The notes under the pieces were generated by a model that worked only from the letters and a program-made list of their open reading frames with translations, did no database searches and was not told where the DNA came from. Below are positions 47,069 through 57,333 of a stretch of 64,000 nucleotides of DNA, in pieces. The translations under genes and the position numbers were made by a program. The stretch covers positions 45,790 to 109,789 of the forward strand of contig CACJUH010000003.1 of the NCBI GenBank assembly GCA_902596545.1, written 5' to 3'. This DNA comes from an uncultured Candidatus Actinomarina sp. GTDB taxonomy: Bacteria; Actinomycetota; Acidimicrobiia; Actinomarinales; Actinomarinaceae. Every line of letters starts with the position of its first letter. Position 1 is the stretch's first letter.

Positions 47069-48212
47069 TTAAATTCATATATTTTCTATCGATAATTTCA
47101 GAAACTTTGTCATGAACTATATCCCATTTACTGTCATTAATTACCTCATTAAAAAAACCTTTTATAAGTAGTTTGTCTGCATCAACTTTTTTGATACCTC
47201 TAGACATAACGTAGTGGTATATATTTTCTTCAATTGGGCCTACAGAAGATCCATGACTGCAGATTACATCGTCACATAAAATTTCTAAATTGGGTACTGA
47301 TTGAGCAGTTGCTTCTTCGCTCAGTAATATATTCCTATTTTCTTGGTGAGATTCTGTTTTTTCTGCTCCCTCAGCTATATGTATTGTGCCAGTAAATATT
47401 GAGCTACTTTGGTCACCTAATACACCTTTAGTAATCATATTTGATGACGTATTTTTTCCTAAGTGATTTACAAATACTCTATTGTCATGAATTTGCGTCT
47501 CTTCACCAAAATATATTCCATCTAAACTGAATTCTGAACCATTGCCTAAAAGATCTATATCCATTCTTGAACGAGACAATGATGCTCCTGTACTTATACT
47601 ATGTATAGATAAGTTTGAGTCTTTTTCTAGTTGTGCATATATGGAATTTGCAATATTGATTTTTTTTGGAGAAGTTACAGATAGTATTATTTCCAAATTT
47701 GAATTATCGTTTAGGAAAATTTCAATAATTGGATAAATGTTTCCGATAACTAATTTGTCAAAATTTAAATATAATTTTCCAGATTTGTTCTTATCTACAT
47801 TAATTCCAATGTAAGGAATCGCATTATCATCTGATTGGAAATTTACTGAAAAATATTGTTCGCTATCTCCTGTTACATTTAATTGAAAGCCACCCGTTAC
47901 TTTTTCAAATTGTTCAATATTAAATTTATCAAACGGCCTATTAATTGACTCCTTGATTAAAGGTTTTTTGACTTCATCAATATTAACTATTGCAATATGT
48001 TCATGCTCTGAATTTATTTCATATGTAAAACAATTGGAATCAATATCAAATGTTTTAGAAGCCTCTATGTCACTAGATTTACCAATTTCAATATCATTAA
48101 GTTCAAATATCTTTTTTCCAAGATACTTCCAGTCTTCATCTTTAGCAGTAATGTTTTCGAAGTCTTTGGATGAAAGTGACTTTAATTTTTTTTCAAATAA
48201 TTTATTTTTCAA
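47049..48212 (-). CDS. sufD: Fe-S cluster assembly protein SufD
   Basis: C-terminal HQENRNILLSEEATAQSVPNLEILCDDVICSHGSSVGPIEE is the SufB/D family signature. Confidence 0.8.
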   Translation of the reverse strand: MKNKLFEKKLKSLSSKDFENITAKDEDWKYLGKKIFELNDIEIGKSSDIEASKTFDIDSNCFTYEINSEHEHIAIVNIDEVKKPLIKESINRPFDKFNIEQFEKVTGGFQLNVTGDSEQYFSVNFQSDDNAIPYIGINVDKNKSGKLYLNFDKLVIGNIYPIIEIFLNDNSNLEIILSVTSPKKINIANSIYAQLEKDSNLSIHSISTGASLSRSRMDIDLLGNGSEFSLDGIYFGEETQIHDNRVFVNHLGKNTSSNMITKGVLGDQSSSIFTGTIHIAEGAEKTESHQENRNILLSEEATAQSVPNLEILCDDVICSHGSSVGPIEENIYHYVMSRGIKKVDADKLLIKGFFNEVINDSKWDIVHDKVSEIIDRKYMNLIGRKNG

Positions 48213-48226
48213 TTTTTACCTATTCA

Positions 48227-49636
48227 TTAACCAACGGCGCCAGCTTCTATCATGTTTAATTCAATCAGTTGATTGAATTCCATGGCATACTCCATTGGTA
48301 ACGTTTTAGTAAATTCTTCTACAAATCCTGCGACAATCATGGATGTTGCTTCAGATTCAGAAAGACCTCTGCTCATAAGATAGAATAGTTGATCTTCTCC
48401 CACTTTTGAAACTGTTGCCTCATGACCTATCACTGCTGATGCTTCTTCTATCTCCATGTAAGGATAAGTATCTGATCTTGATTCATCATCAAGAATCAAA
48501 GCATCACATCTTACAAAACTTTTTGCTGTTTCTGAGCCGTCTTCAACTCTGACTAAGCCTCTGTATGCGCCTCTTCCACCACCTTTTGAAACTGATTTTG
48601 ATGTAATCAAAGAAGTTGTATCTGGAGCAAGATGAACCATTTTTGCTCCTGTATCTTGGTGTTGGCCTGAGTTGGCAAAAGCTACGGATAACACTTCTCC
48701 ATGAGCACCGGGTTCCATTAAATAAACAGAAGGATATTTAACTGTTAGACCTGAACCAAGGTTTGCATCAATCCATTCCATTGTTGCATTTCCATAAGCT
48801 TGCGCTCTTTTTGTGACTAGGTTATAAACATCATTTGACCAGTTTTGGATTGTTGTGTACCTACAAGTCCCAGATGCTTTGACGACAATCTCTACAACAG
48901 CGGAATGTAAAGCATCCGTTGTATAAACTGGTGCTGAACAACCTTCAATATAATGTACAGAAGCTCCTTCGTCGACAAGAATTAAGGTTCTCTCAAATTG
49001 ACCCATATTTTCTGCATTAATTCTAAAATATGCTTGCAGAGGATCTTCGACATGTACACCTTTTGGGACATAAATGAATGATCCGCCTGACCAAACAGCT
49101 GAATTTAGTGCAGCAAACTTATTATCACCTGGAGGAATGACTGTTCCAAAATATTCTTGAACTAATTCCGGATACTCTCTAACTGCTGTATCCATATCAC
49201 AAAATAATACGCCTAATTTTTCTAAATCTTCTCTATTTTTGTGATAAACAACTTCGCTCTCATATTGTGCCGTAACTCCAGCAAGATAGGTTCTCTCGGC
49301 CTCAGGTATACCAAGTTTTTCGTAAGTTTGTTTAATTTCTTCTGGTACTTCATCCCATGAGTCTGCTTGATCTTCAGTAGGTTTTATGTAGTAATAAATA
49401 TCATCAAAATCTAATTGACTTAATTTTTCCTTTGCAACCCATTCTGGCATAGGCTTATCAAGAAATCTTTTATATGCTTTAAGTCTAAAATTAAGCATCC
49501 ATTCAGGTTCTTCTTTAATTTCGGACATTTTACGAATTATTTCTTCATTTAAACCTTTTTCAGGTTTAAATACATTTTTTTCAGGGTCAGACCACCCTAA
49601 AGAATACTTTCCTAAATCAATATCAACATTTGCCAT
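48227..49636 (-). CDS. sufB: Fe-S cluster assembly protein SufB
   Basis: 469 aa. The conserved SufB C-terminal beta-helix region ([27 protein letters not shown]) is present. Confidence 0.9.
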   Translation of the reverse strand: MANVDIDLGKYSLGWSDPEKNVFKPEKGLNEEIIRKMSEIKEEPEWMLNFRLKAYKRFLDKPMPEWVAKEKLSQLDFDDIYYYIKPTEDQADSWDEVPEEIKQTYEKLGIPEAERTYLAGVTAQYESEVVYHKNREDLEKLGVLFCDMDTAVREYPELVQEYFGTVIPPGDNKFAALNSAVWSGGSFIYVPKGVHVEDPLQAYFRINAENMGQFERTLILVDEGASVHYIEGCSAPVYTTDALHSAVVEIVVKASGTCRYTTIQNWSNDVYNLVTKRAQAYGNATMEWIDANLGSGLTVKYPSVYLMEPGAHGEVLSVAFANSGQHQDTGAKMVHLAPDTTSLITSKSVSKGGGRGAYRGLVRVEDGSETAKSFVRCDALILDDESRSDTYPYMEIEEASAVIGHEATVSKVGEDQLFYLMSRGLSESEATSMIVAGFVEEFTKTLPMEYAMEFNQLIELNMIEAGAVG

Positions 49637-49717
49637 GACCTTATATTAATAAAGTGCTGAGCCAATAAGAAAAAGTATTGATTTAAATTATTTTCATTTT
49701 TTGATTACTCTTTTACT

Positions 49718-50152
49718 ATGCCTGCTTTTTTTATTAATCCATTGAGTGAAGAACATATAGACTTGCTGAAAAGACTTGATGAACAAAATCAAGATTTAAG
49801 AGTATTTGTATCAGATAAAAATTCACAAGATTATATAGATAAAATTCCTGGTAAAAAGGCTATCGGTGATATCACAGATGATTCACATATTTCAACAGCA
49901 TCTGAGGGAGCATATTGTGGAATATTTTTCGTGGAAAGAAACAAGAAATTGAGTGACGTTTTTGTAAATGCAATTCAAAATTCAAATTTACAAAGAATTT
50001 TATGGGTTTCAAAAGAAGAACCTAGAAATAATATTTTAGAAATTGATAATCTCACCTATATTAAACATTCAGGCGAAAATGATTACTTTGATACGGTTCT
50101 AAGTCTTGAAGAAGTTGAAGAAGTTAATGAAAAATTTGTTGACTTAAAATAA
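49718..50152 (+). CDS. Hypothetical protein
   Basis: 144 aa with no recognisable motifs. It diverges from the suf operon. Confidence 0.4.
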   Translation: MPAFFINPLSEEHIDLLKRLDEQNQDLRVFVSDKNSQDYIDKIPGKKAIGDITDDSHISTASEGAYCGIFFVERNKKLSDVFVNAIQNSNLQRILWVSKEEPRNNILEIDNLTYIKHSGENDYFDTVLSLEEVEEVNEKFVDLK

Positions 50153-50740
50153 ATTTAAGCCAATTTTTTTAGGAAACCGAATAAATTGATTAAATCTAAA
50201 CCAAGAATCTTTTATATGTTGATAGACATCAAATGACTTACCCATATATCTGACTTCAAAATGCACGTGAGGAACAGTTCCTTCTGCATTCCCAGAATCT
50301 CCTAAATATCCAATTATTTGACCCGCTACAACTTCAGCACCTAAATAAATATTTTCTGCAAAGGCTGTTTCTTTTCCACCACGATTATCATTTCCCTCAA
50401 TATCGTCATTTAAATGTACATACAAAGAAAGCCATCCGTTTTCATGATCTATAGCTATGTAGTATCCAGATGAATCTGAATAAGAGATTGTGTTAACCTT
50501 TCCATCAGCAATTGCAACTACAGGTGCTCCTTTAGGAGCTCGTATATCGATTCCTTCATGTACTCTATTGCCATTTCCTCTAATTTCTCCCCAGTCATCG
50601 TAAAAATGAGCCATTACATGCTTGATGGGAAATACCATATTTTGTAAAAAGGAATCATGCTTTGCCTGAATTGTTTGATTTGGGTATAAAAGAGATATTA
50701 AGAAAGTAAAAACAAACATGAAAGTTAAACTCTTTGACAT
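50144..50740 (-). CDS. Secreted M23 (LytM-type) metallopeptidase
   Basis: Signal peptide, HEGIDI (HxxxD) and HVHFEV (HxH) zinc-ligand motifs. Confidence 0.8.
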   Translation of the reverse strand: MSKSLTFMFVFTFLISLLYPNQTIQAKHDSFLQNMVFPIKHVMAHFYDDWGEIRGNGNRVHEGIDIRAPKGAPVVAIADGKVNTISYSDSSGYYIAIDHENGWLSLYVHLNDDIEGNDNRGGKETAFAENIYLGAEVVAGQIIGYLGDSGNAEGTVPHVHFEVRYMGKSFDVYQHIKDSWFRFNQFIRFPKKIGLNLF

Positions 50741-50771
50741 GTAGTTATTTTAAAACATGTAAAATTTAGTT

Positions 50772-51611
50772 ATGAAAAAAAGTTCCTTTTTCAAAAGTGG
50801 GTCTGGCTCGAGAAAAGCATTTGTATCAAGCTTTCAAAATGAGAAAGAACTAAAAGAAATTCAACAAGATAACAATTCCTCCTCAGTTAAAAATGAGATA
50901 TTCAACAAGAGTTCTGAAAATATGGAAGAGCTTGTTGATAACTGTGTTTCACTTACAGTCACTTCACCTCCATACAATATTGGAAAAGATAGTGATTTAG
51001 ATTTAAATGACGAAGAATATTGGAAAATGATAAATAAAGTTTTTTTAGAAACTTATAGAGTTACAAATTCTGGTGGAAGGTTAGTAGTAAACGTTGCAAA
51101 TTTAGGTAGAAAGCCATATATTCCGTTTTCAAAATATTTTACAGACGTTTTAACCGAAATTGGCTTCATTATGAGAGGTGAAATTATATGGCAAAAATCT
51201 AAAGGAGCAAATGCTAATTTTGCTTGGGGAAGCTGGCTTTCAGCCTCAAATCCAGTTATTAGAGATATACACGAGTACTGTCTTGTTTTTTCAAAGGATT
51301 CTATGAAAAATTCTAGCGGAGGTGTTTCAACTATTGAAAAAGATGAGTTTATGGAATCTACATTGTCAATATGGAATATTAATCCCGAGAAGGCAAAAAA
51401 AATTGGCCATCCAGCACCATTCCCTGTTGAGCTTCCAAAGAAATTTATCAATCTTTATAGCTTTAAAGACGACTTAGTTCTTGATCCTTTTATTGGAAGT
51501 GGCACCACAGCTGTAGCATCTAAACTAATGCAGAGAAATTATGTAGGTTATGAAATAAATAAAGATTTTATAAAAATTGCTAATAAAAGGTTAGAAACAG
51601 AAACTAGTTAA
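50772..51611 (+). CDS. DNA amino-methyltransferase (beta-class, N4-cytosine or N6-adenine), apparently orphan
   Basis: Motif IV SPPY precedes motif I LDPFIGSGTT (beta-class order). The first ~50 codons are low-complexity, and an alternative ATG lies at 50922 (MEELVDNCVSLTVTSPPY). Confidence 0.8.
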   Translation: MKKSSFFKSGSGSRKAFVSSFQNEKELKEIQQDNNSSSVKNEIFNKSSENMEELVDNCVSLTVTSPPYNIGKDSDLDLNDEEYWKMINKVFLETYRVTNSGGRLVVNVANLGRKPYIPFSKYFTDVLTEIGFIMRGEIIWQKSKGANANFAWGSWLSASNPVIRDIHEYCLVFSKDSMKNSSGGVSTIEKDEFMESTLSIWNINPEKAKKIGHPAPFPVELPKKFINLYSFKDDLVLDPFIGSGTTAVASKLMQRNYVGYEINKDFIKIANKRLETETS

Positions 51612-53325
51612 CTAATTTCCAAGCTGAGAATAAATCTTGATATATTTCATTATTCTTTAATAAATTTTCATGATTATCGAAACCTACTAATTTTCCATCA
51701 TGCATAACTATTATTTTTTCAGCATTAATTATTGTTTCTAGTCTATGTGCGATAACAATTGAGGTTTGATAAGCAAGTAGTCTATCTGTTGCGTCAAGAA
51801 TAGAATTCTCTGACTCAATATCAAGATTCGCAGTAGCCTCATCAAAAACAATTATCTCTCTTTTAGCCAAAACAGCTCTTAGTAGGGCTATGAATTGTCT
51901 TTCCCCAGCTGATACATTAGAGCCTCTTTCGCCGACTTCCTGGTCTAATCCGTTTTCATATCTTTCAAACCAATCAAGGACTCCGATTTCCTGAAGTTCT
52001 TGTTCTAAATTAATATCTTCAGGATTTGAATATACTAAATTGTTTTTGATTGATCCCCTAAATAAAAAGCTTTCCTGAGGTACATATGCAATATTTTTTC
52101 TAGCCCATTTTTGTGTAACATCTCTTGAAGGTTCACCATAAAAATTGACATCTCCTTCATTGGGTAAATAAAATCTTAAAATAAGTTTTGCTATAGTGCT
52201 TTTCCCAGCACCAGTCTCTCCAACAATCGCAATTTTTTCTCCTTTGTTGATAGAAAATGAAACATCATGTAAAACCCTTTCTCTACCATACGAAAAGTTC
52301 ACTTTATCAAACTCAATTACATTGTTGTTATCCATATCTGGAGTAGTTGATCCAGTATTACTAAGTACAGGTTCTTCGTCCAAAATTGAAAAAACTTTTT
52401 TCATAGAAGATCCAGCAGATCTCAACAAGTCATAATTGAACGACAGCATAATTAATGGGTCAAAAAAATAGTTTAAGTAAAAAAGTAATGCAACTAATTC
52501 TCCAACAGTTAATGTGCCTTGATCAATTCTTTGTGCAGCAAACCAGATAACAATTGCTATAGAAGTTACTCTTGTAATTTCTAAAAATGGAAAATAGAAA
52601 GCAATATTTTTAGCAGATTGCATATTTGCTTTAAAGTGCTCATTATTTACTTTCTTAAAATTATCTAGTTGAGAAGTTTCATCTGCGTAAGCTTGGATGA
52701 TCCGAACACCAGAAATACCCTCTTGCAATGAAGATAAAACTTGTCCAATCCACTCTCGAACAGACCAATAAGCTCTGTCCGCATAATTTCTAAAAATTTT
52801 AGTTGCGATTCCAAGTAACGGAAGAATTAAGAACGATAAAAGTGCCAATCGAACATCTACAAGAAAAACTGCAATTGTAGCTCCAAAAATTGTTAGTAGT
52901 GCAGTAATAATGCTGCTTGCACCTTCTCTTGCAAACTCATTCAAGCTCTGCATATCTGATGTCATTCTTGCAACCAATACGCCTGTTTTGTTTTTTTCAA
53001 AATAATTAATATCTAATGAAGATAGATGTCTGAATAGTTTTTCTCTCACTCTTCGAACATATAATTCTCCAACCAATCCGATAGATAAAAGAGCTTTGCT
53101 AGCTACAAAATATAAAGCAACTAATGTCAAAAAGTAATAAAAACTTTGCTCTAATAAATAGTTGTAATCTGATTTAAGAACTCCATTATCTATTCCTCTA
53201 GATATTAATTGAGGACCGACCATTCTAATTAGAGTTGCAGCCATAGCAATTAAAGAGCTATATAAGAATGGTTTATTTACCTCTGGAACTAATTTATACG
53301 ACCTAAAAAAAGTATTATCTATCAT
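51604..53325 (-). CDS. ABC exporter, fused permease and ATPase (second subunit of a heterodimer)
   Basis: Six-TM domain plus Walker A GETGAGKST and LSGGQ-like SAGERQ. The start was moved to ATG at 53325 (MIDNTFF...), giving an 11-nt overlap with the upstream paralog rather than the 70-nt overlap of the track ORF. Confidence 0.75.
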   Translation of the reverse strand: MIDNTFFRSYKLVPEVNKPFLYSSLIAMAATLIRMVGPQLISRGIDNGVLKSDYNYLLEQSFYYFLTLVALYFVASKALLSIGLVGELYVRRVREKLFRHLSSLDINYFEKNKTGVLVARMTSDMQSLNEFAREGASSIITALLTIFGATIAVFLVDVRLALLSFLILPLLGIATKIFRNYADRAYWSVREWIGQVLSSLQEGISGVRIIQAYADETSQLDNFKKVNNEHFKANMQSAKNIAFYFPFLEITRVTSIAIVIWFAAQRIDQGTLTVGELVALLFYLNYFFDPLIMLSFNYDLLRSAGSSMKKVFSILDEEPVLSNTGSTTPDMDNNNVIEFDKVNFSYGRERVLHDVSFSINKGEKIAIVGETGAGKSTIAKLILRFYLPNEGDVNFYGEPSRDVTQKWARKNIAYVPQESFLFRGSIKNNLVYSNPEDINLEQELQEIGVLDWFERYENGLDQEVGERGSNVSAGERQFIALLRAVLAKREIIVFDEATANLDIESENSILDATDRLLAYQTSIVIAHRLETIINAEKIIVMHDGKLVGFDNHENLLKNNEIYQDLFSAWKLVN

Positions 53326-55090
53326 TTTGTGTATCCACCGATTCACTCTCCAAAAACAGGGATTTGTAACTTTCAATATTATCAATTAATTCAGTATGAG
53401 TGCCTTGTGCTTTAACAGTCCCATTCTCAATAAAGACTACTTCATCACAAAGCTCTATGGTAGGAGCTCTGTTCGTGATAATTAGCGTAGTCATATTGTT
53501 CATTACTGATTTCAATTCACTTCTTATCTCTTCTTCAGTTGATGCATCAACAGCAGAAAGAGCATCATCTAAAATAAGTATCCTTGGTTTTCTGAGGATT
53601 GCTCTTGCTAAAGCTATTCTCTGTCTTTGACCTCCTGATAGTCCATAACCCCTTTCACCAACTTTTGTCTCGTAAGACTCAGGTAATAATGAAATAAATT
53701 CATGTGCTCTTGCAGTTAAAGCAGCTTCTTCAACTTCTTCTTGAGTGGCATCTCCTAGACCAAGAGCTATATTTTCTCGAGCTGAATTTGAAAATAAGAA
53801 ACTTTCTTCAAATGCTAAGCTCACGTTACTTCTTAATTCATTGAGTTTAAGGTCATTGATATTGACACCATCAATTTCTATAGTTCCTGATTCTACTTCA
53901 TAAAGTCTTGGCAACAAATAAGCTAGTGTTGATTTCCCAGAACCAGTAGCCCCAACAATTGCAACCGTTTTCTTCCCATCTATATTAAAACTTAAATCAT
54001 CAAATATTTTTTCTTTTCCATATTTGAAATTAACTTGATTGAATGCAATACTTCCATCTCCATCAGTTGGAAGAGATTTGGTAGAGTCATTATCAGTAAT
54101 AAGTGGAACCTCATCTAACAATTCTAAAATTCTTGTGCCAGCCGCAACACTTGATGGAATTTCAGATAAGAACCAAGCGGTGATTCTTAATGGCCATAAA
54201 AGTAAAAAAACGTACTGTGTAAAAGCAATAAATTCTCCTAAAGAAATAAGTTCATTTATTGACAAATATCCACCAAGAATTAAGACGGCTAATGTGATAA
54301 TCATTGGAATTAATTCAAACATTGGAACAAAACGCGTTCTGAGTTTCAGGTAGTCAAGAGATGTGTCATATATGTTTGATACAGCAGACTCTACCTTGCT
54401 GGAGGCATACTCTTCATTACCAAAGGCTTTTACAACTCTAATTCCTCCGAGTTGTTCCTCTACTTCGGTGGTCATTCTTGCTTCTGCCTCTTTAACTTTT
54501 AAAGATACATCTAGAGCTTTTGAGGAAAAATTTGATGCAAGCCAAAGAACCGCCGGAATAGAGAGGATGACAATTGCACCTAATGGAAGACTTAATGTTA
54601 AAAGAGTAATACTGAGAATTAATAGTAAAAATATATTAGCCGTAGCGAGTGGGGCAATAGCAAAAGCAAGTCTGACCTGAGATGCATCACTGGATGCACG
54701 GGCCATTAATTCACCCGTTGGTACTTTGTCATGATAATTAAAAGCTAGCTTTTGCATATGAGTAAAAATTTTGTTCCGTATCCCTGCCTCTACGTTGTAT
54801 GAGACATGCATGCCAAAGTATCTTCTTGTGCCAATTGAAATCGCTCTTGAATATCCTGCCAAAACCATAAAGGAAATTAAAACAATAAGATTCCTTTGGT
54901 TTCCTGTAATAATTCCTTCATCGATAATTATTTTTATTAAATATGGTTGAATAACTACAAGAAAACACCATAAGACTGCTGATGACATTGCAATAATAAA
55001 ATTTCTTTTATTTTCTATAATCTCTGCTTTATAGAAATTTAATGCTTTTTTAAATTCCGGTGTTTTAAAGACTTTAAACATATTAATCAA
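53315..55090 (-). CDS. ABC exporter, fused permease and ATPase (first subunit of a heterodimer)
   Basis: Six-TM domain, Walker A GATGSGKST, LSGGQRQR and Walker B ILILDDALS. Confidence 0.8.
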   Translation of the reverse strand: MINMFKVFKTPEFKKALNFYKAEIIENKRNFIIAMSSAVLWCFLVVIQPYLIKIIIDEGIITGNQRNLIVLISFMVLAGYSRAISIGTRRYFGMHVSYNVEAGIRNKIFTHMQKLAFNYHDKVPTGELMARASSDASQVRLAFAIAPLATANIFLLLILSITLLTLSLPLGAIVILSIPAVLWLASNFSSKALDVSLKVKEAEARMTTEVEEQLGGIRVVKAFGNEEYASSKVESAVSNIYDTSLDYLKLRTRFVPMFELIPMIITLAVLILGGYLSINELISLGEFIAFTQYVFLLLWPLRITAWFLSEIPSSVAAGTRILELLDEVPLITDNDSTKSLPTDGDGSIAFNQVNFKYGKEKIFDDLSFNIDGKKTVAIVGATGSGKSTLAYLLPRLYEVESGTIEIDGVNINDLKLNELRSNVSLAFEESFLFSNSARENIALGLGDATQEEVEEAALTARAHEFISLLPESYETKVGERGYGLSGGQRQRIALARAILRKPRILILDDALSAVDASTEEEIRSELKSVMNNMTTLIITNRAPTIELCDEVVFIENGTVKAQGTHTELIDNIESYKSLFLESESVDTQNDR

Positions 55091-55132
55091 TAATAAATGG
55101 GTTAAAAATTTAAAAATATTCTAGAAATACTT

Positions 55133-55148
55133 TGTGCATTATTTCACA
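55133..55148 (+). promoter_or_regulatory. CRP/GlxR-like palindrome TGTGC-N6-TCACA upstream of the PNPOx-MenA gene
   Basis: tTGTGCattattTCACAag, centred about 28 bp upstream of the ATG at 55169. It has one mismatch to TGTGA-N6-TCACA. Confidence 0.35.
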
Positions 55149-55168
55149 AGCATATTATCGTTCAATTT

Positions 55169-56686
55169 ATGGTTGATGTATTAGATAACAAAATAGAAAA
55201 AGTTTTAGATTCAGCTGATCGTATGTTCATTGCGACAAGTGTTGGTGGAAACTCTTCAGGAGCTTCCGTGTTTTTCAGTAGAGATGGGGAAAATCTAGTA
55301 TTCTTTACCTTCCACCCTACTCGTAAGGCTGAGCAGATTAGATTGAACCCTCGCGTTCATGTTGTTATATGGCCTAAAGGCCAAGAAGGAATTGAAGGTC
55401 TGCAAATTGACGGAGAGTGTTACAAAATAAAAGATGAAGATGAGAAAAAAAGAGCTTATGAGTTAGTTCTTAAAACTACTGACGCTTTCAAAGAATATAT
55501 GGAAGACGAATTTTTAATCAAAAATGATGTAGTTGGTTATTACAGAGTAAAACCTACAACAATCAAATATGTAAATTTTTATGAAGAAGAACAATTCCAA
55601 TGGAAGACAATACCAGGAAATAAAACTTCTGCTGTCAAAATGGCTTTTAAACTTGGTCTCAAACGAATTGGACTTTGGCTTAGGACAATTAGAGCGCCTT
55701 TCCTGACAGCAACATTTGCACCAATCTTCATTGGAGCTGCAGTTGCGTGGAATGATTTGAAAGACGCTGGGTTAGACTCTTCATGGTCATGGAGAATGTT
55801 TTGGCTAGTTTTAGGAGGTGCTTCTCTAGCTCAAGTTGCTACGAATGCATCAAATGATTATTTTGATCATACTTCTAACGCAGACGAAATAAACAAAGTA
55901 CCAAGTCCGTTTAATGGTGGAAGTAGAGTCATACAAGTTGGCTTAATGACACCGGGACAAGTCTTAATCACAGCACTTATGAGTATTGCAGGTACCGTAG
56001 CTATTGGTTTATATCTTAACCAACAAGTTAGTGGTTCATTTTTCGGAAATACTCCTATTTTATGGACTGGTATCATAGGAACATTTTTAGCTCTTGGTTA
56101 TACCGGGGATCCTGTCCGATTAGGGTATAAAGGACTTGGAGAGATAGCAATTGCATTAGGTTTTGGCCCTGTAATGGTAATGGGAGCACATTATGTTCTT
56201 ACAGCATCTATTCATGAAAATGTAGTCTCTAATTGGAATTGGATGGAAGCATTGATTGCATCTGTGCCAATTGCAATTCTTGTAATGTTGATTGTGTGGA
56301 TTAATCAATTCCAGGATGCACCATCAGATGCAGCTGTAGGAAAAAACACCTGGGTAGTAAGGACTGCAGAACAAGGTGAGTGGATGAAACTTGAAAAACC
56401 ACTTAGGTTGTACAAACAGTTTATGATTGAGGCTTTTATTGCAGTAGCTCTTGTTGGAGCACTGAGTTTCTTTACAGATTTTGGTACTGTTTATGCTTTT
56501 ATGGCGCTTATCCCCCTAGTACTAGTATGGAAAGCATTCAAAATGGCTGATGAGTGGATGATTAAGTGGAATAATCCCAATGCTGATCGACAAAAAGTTC
56601 CTTATGAACTTTTGTTAGTCAATGTATCAACAATTGGAATTCATTTTCTAACCGGAATCCTTTTAGCTGTAGCTTACATTTTGTAA
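55169..56686 (+). CDS. menA: Fusion of a PNPOx-like FMN/deazaflavin-binding split-barrel domain (N-terminal) with a UbiA/MenA-family prenyltransferase (C-terminal)
   Basis: The N-terminal ~150 aa have a PNPOx-like pattern (MFIATSVGGNSSGASVFF...VHVVIWPKG). The C-terminal part has LRTIRAPFLTATFAPIFIGA and NASNDYFDHTSNAD (UbiA NDxxDxxxD) plus ~8 TM helices. Confidence 0.7.
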   Translation: MVDVLDNKIEKVLDSADRMFIATSVGGNSSGASVFFSRDGENLVFFTFHPTRKAEQIRLNPRVHVVIWPKGQEGIEGLQIDGECYKIKDEDEKKRAYELVLKTTDAFKEYMEDEFLIKNDVVGYYRVKPTTIKYVNFYEEEQFQWKTIPGNKTSAVKMAFKLGLKRIGLWLRTIRAPFLTATFAPIFIGAAVAWNDLKDAGLDSSWSWRMFWLVLGGASLAQVATNASNDYFDHTSNADEINKVPSPFNGGSRVIQVGLMTPGQVLITALMSIAGTVAIGLYLNQQVSGSFFGNTPILWTGIIGTFLALGYTGDPVRLGYKGLGEIAIALGFGPVMVMGAHYVLTASIHENVVSNWNWMEALIASVPIAILVMLIVWINQFQDAPSDAAVGKNTWVVRTAEQGEWMKLEKPLRLYKQFMIEAFIAVALVGALSFFTDFGTVYAFMALIPLVLVWKAFKMADEWMIKWNNPNADRQKVPYELLLVNVSTIGIHFLTGILLAVAYIL

Positions 56687-57310
56687 TTGTCCGAAAAAGC
56701 TAACTTTTCAAACATATATAAGTTCTACGATCTAATAAATACTGTTTTAACATTTGGTTTTGATAAATCTTGGAGAGAAAAAGCAGTAAGTAACCTTATT
56801 GGAAATTCTGTTCTTGACTTAGGAAGTGGCACTGGTGCTGCTTACGAACAACTTCTTAACTTTGAAACTACTGCTATAGATCCAGATAAAAAGATGTTGG
56901 AGTTAAATACATTTGAAAATAAAGTTTTAGGCTCTGCTGAAAACTTGCCTTTTGAGGACAATAGTTTTGACAATGTTTTTTGTTGTTTCGTATGGAGAAA
57001 TGTATCAGATACTAATAAAGCTCTTCAAGAGGTATATAGAGTCTTAAGTCCAGGTGGAAAGTTTATCCTTTTAGATATGACAAGGCCTAAAAACCCTTTC
57101 TTGAAGATATTGCATAAAATTGGAACGTTCAAAGTACTTCATTTGGTTGGTCTTCTTACATTTAATTTAAAAGAGTATAGATTTCTTTATAAGTCTCTAG
57201 ACTTTTATCCTCAGCCAGAAAATCATTTAAAAAAAGATACTTTTATAGATCTTCAAATTGAGAGAATGGGTCTATTTAATTTTGTCTACTTAGCAGTTTT
57301 TACAAAGTAA
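56687..57310 (+). CDS. Class I SAM-dependent methyltransferase, UbiE/MenG-like (demethylmenaquinone methyltransferase candidate)
   Basis: VLDLGSGTGA motif I and LSPGGKFILLDM. Directly follows the MenA-like gene. Confidence 0.65.
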   Translation: MSEKANFSNIYKFYDLINTVLTFGFDKSWREKAVSNLIGNSVLDLGSGTGAAYEQLLNFETTAIDPDKKMLELNTFENKVLGSAENLPFEDNSFDNVFCCFVWRNVSDTNKALQEVYRVLSPGGKFILLDMTRPKNPFLKILHKIGTFKVLHLVGLLTFNLKEYRFLYKSLDFYPQPENHLKKDTFIDLQIERMGLFNFVYLAVFTK

Positions 57311-57333
57311 CTTTTATTTGTAAAGCTATAAAA

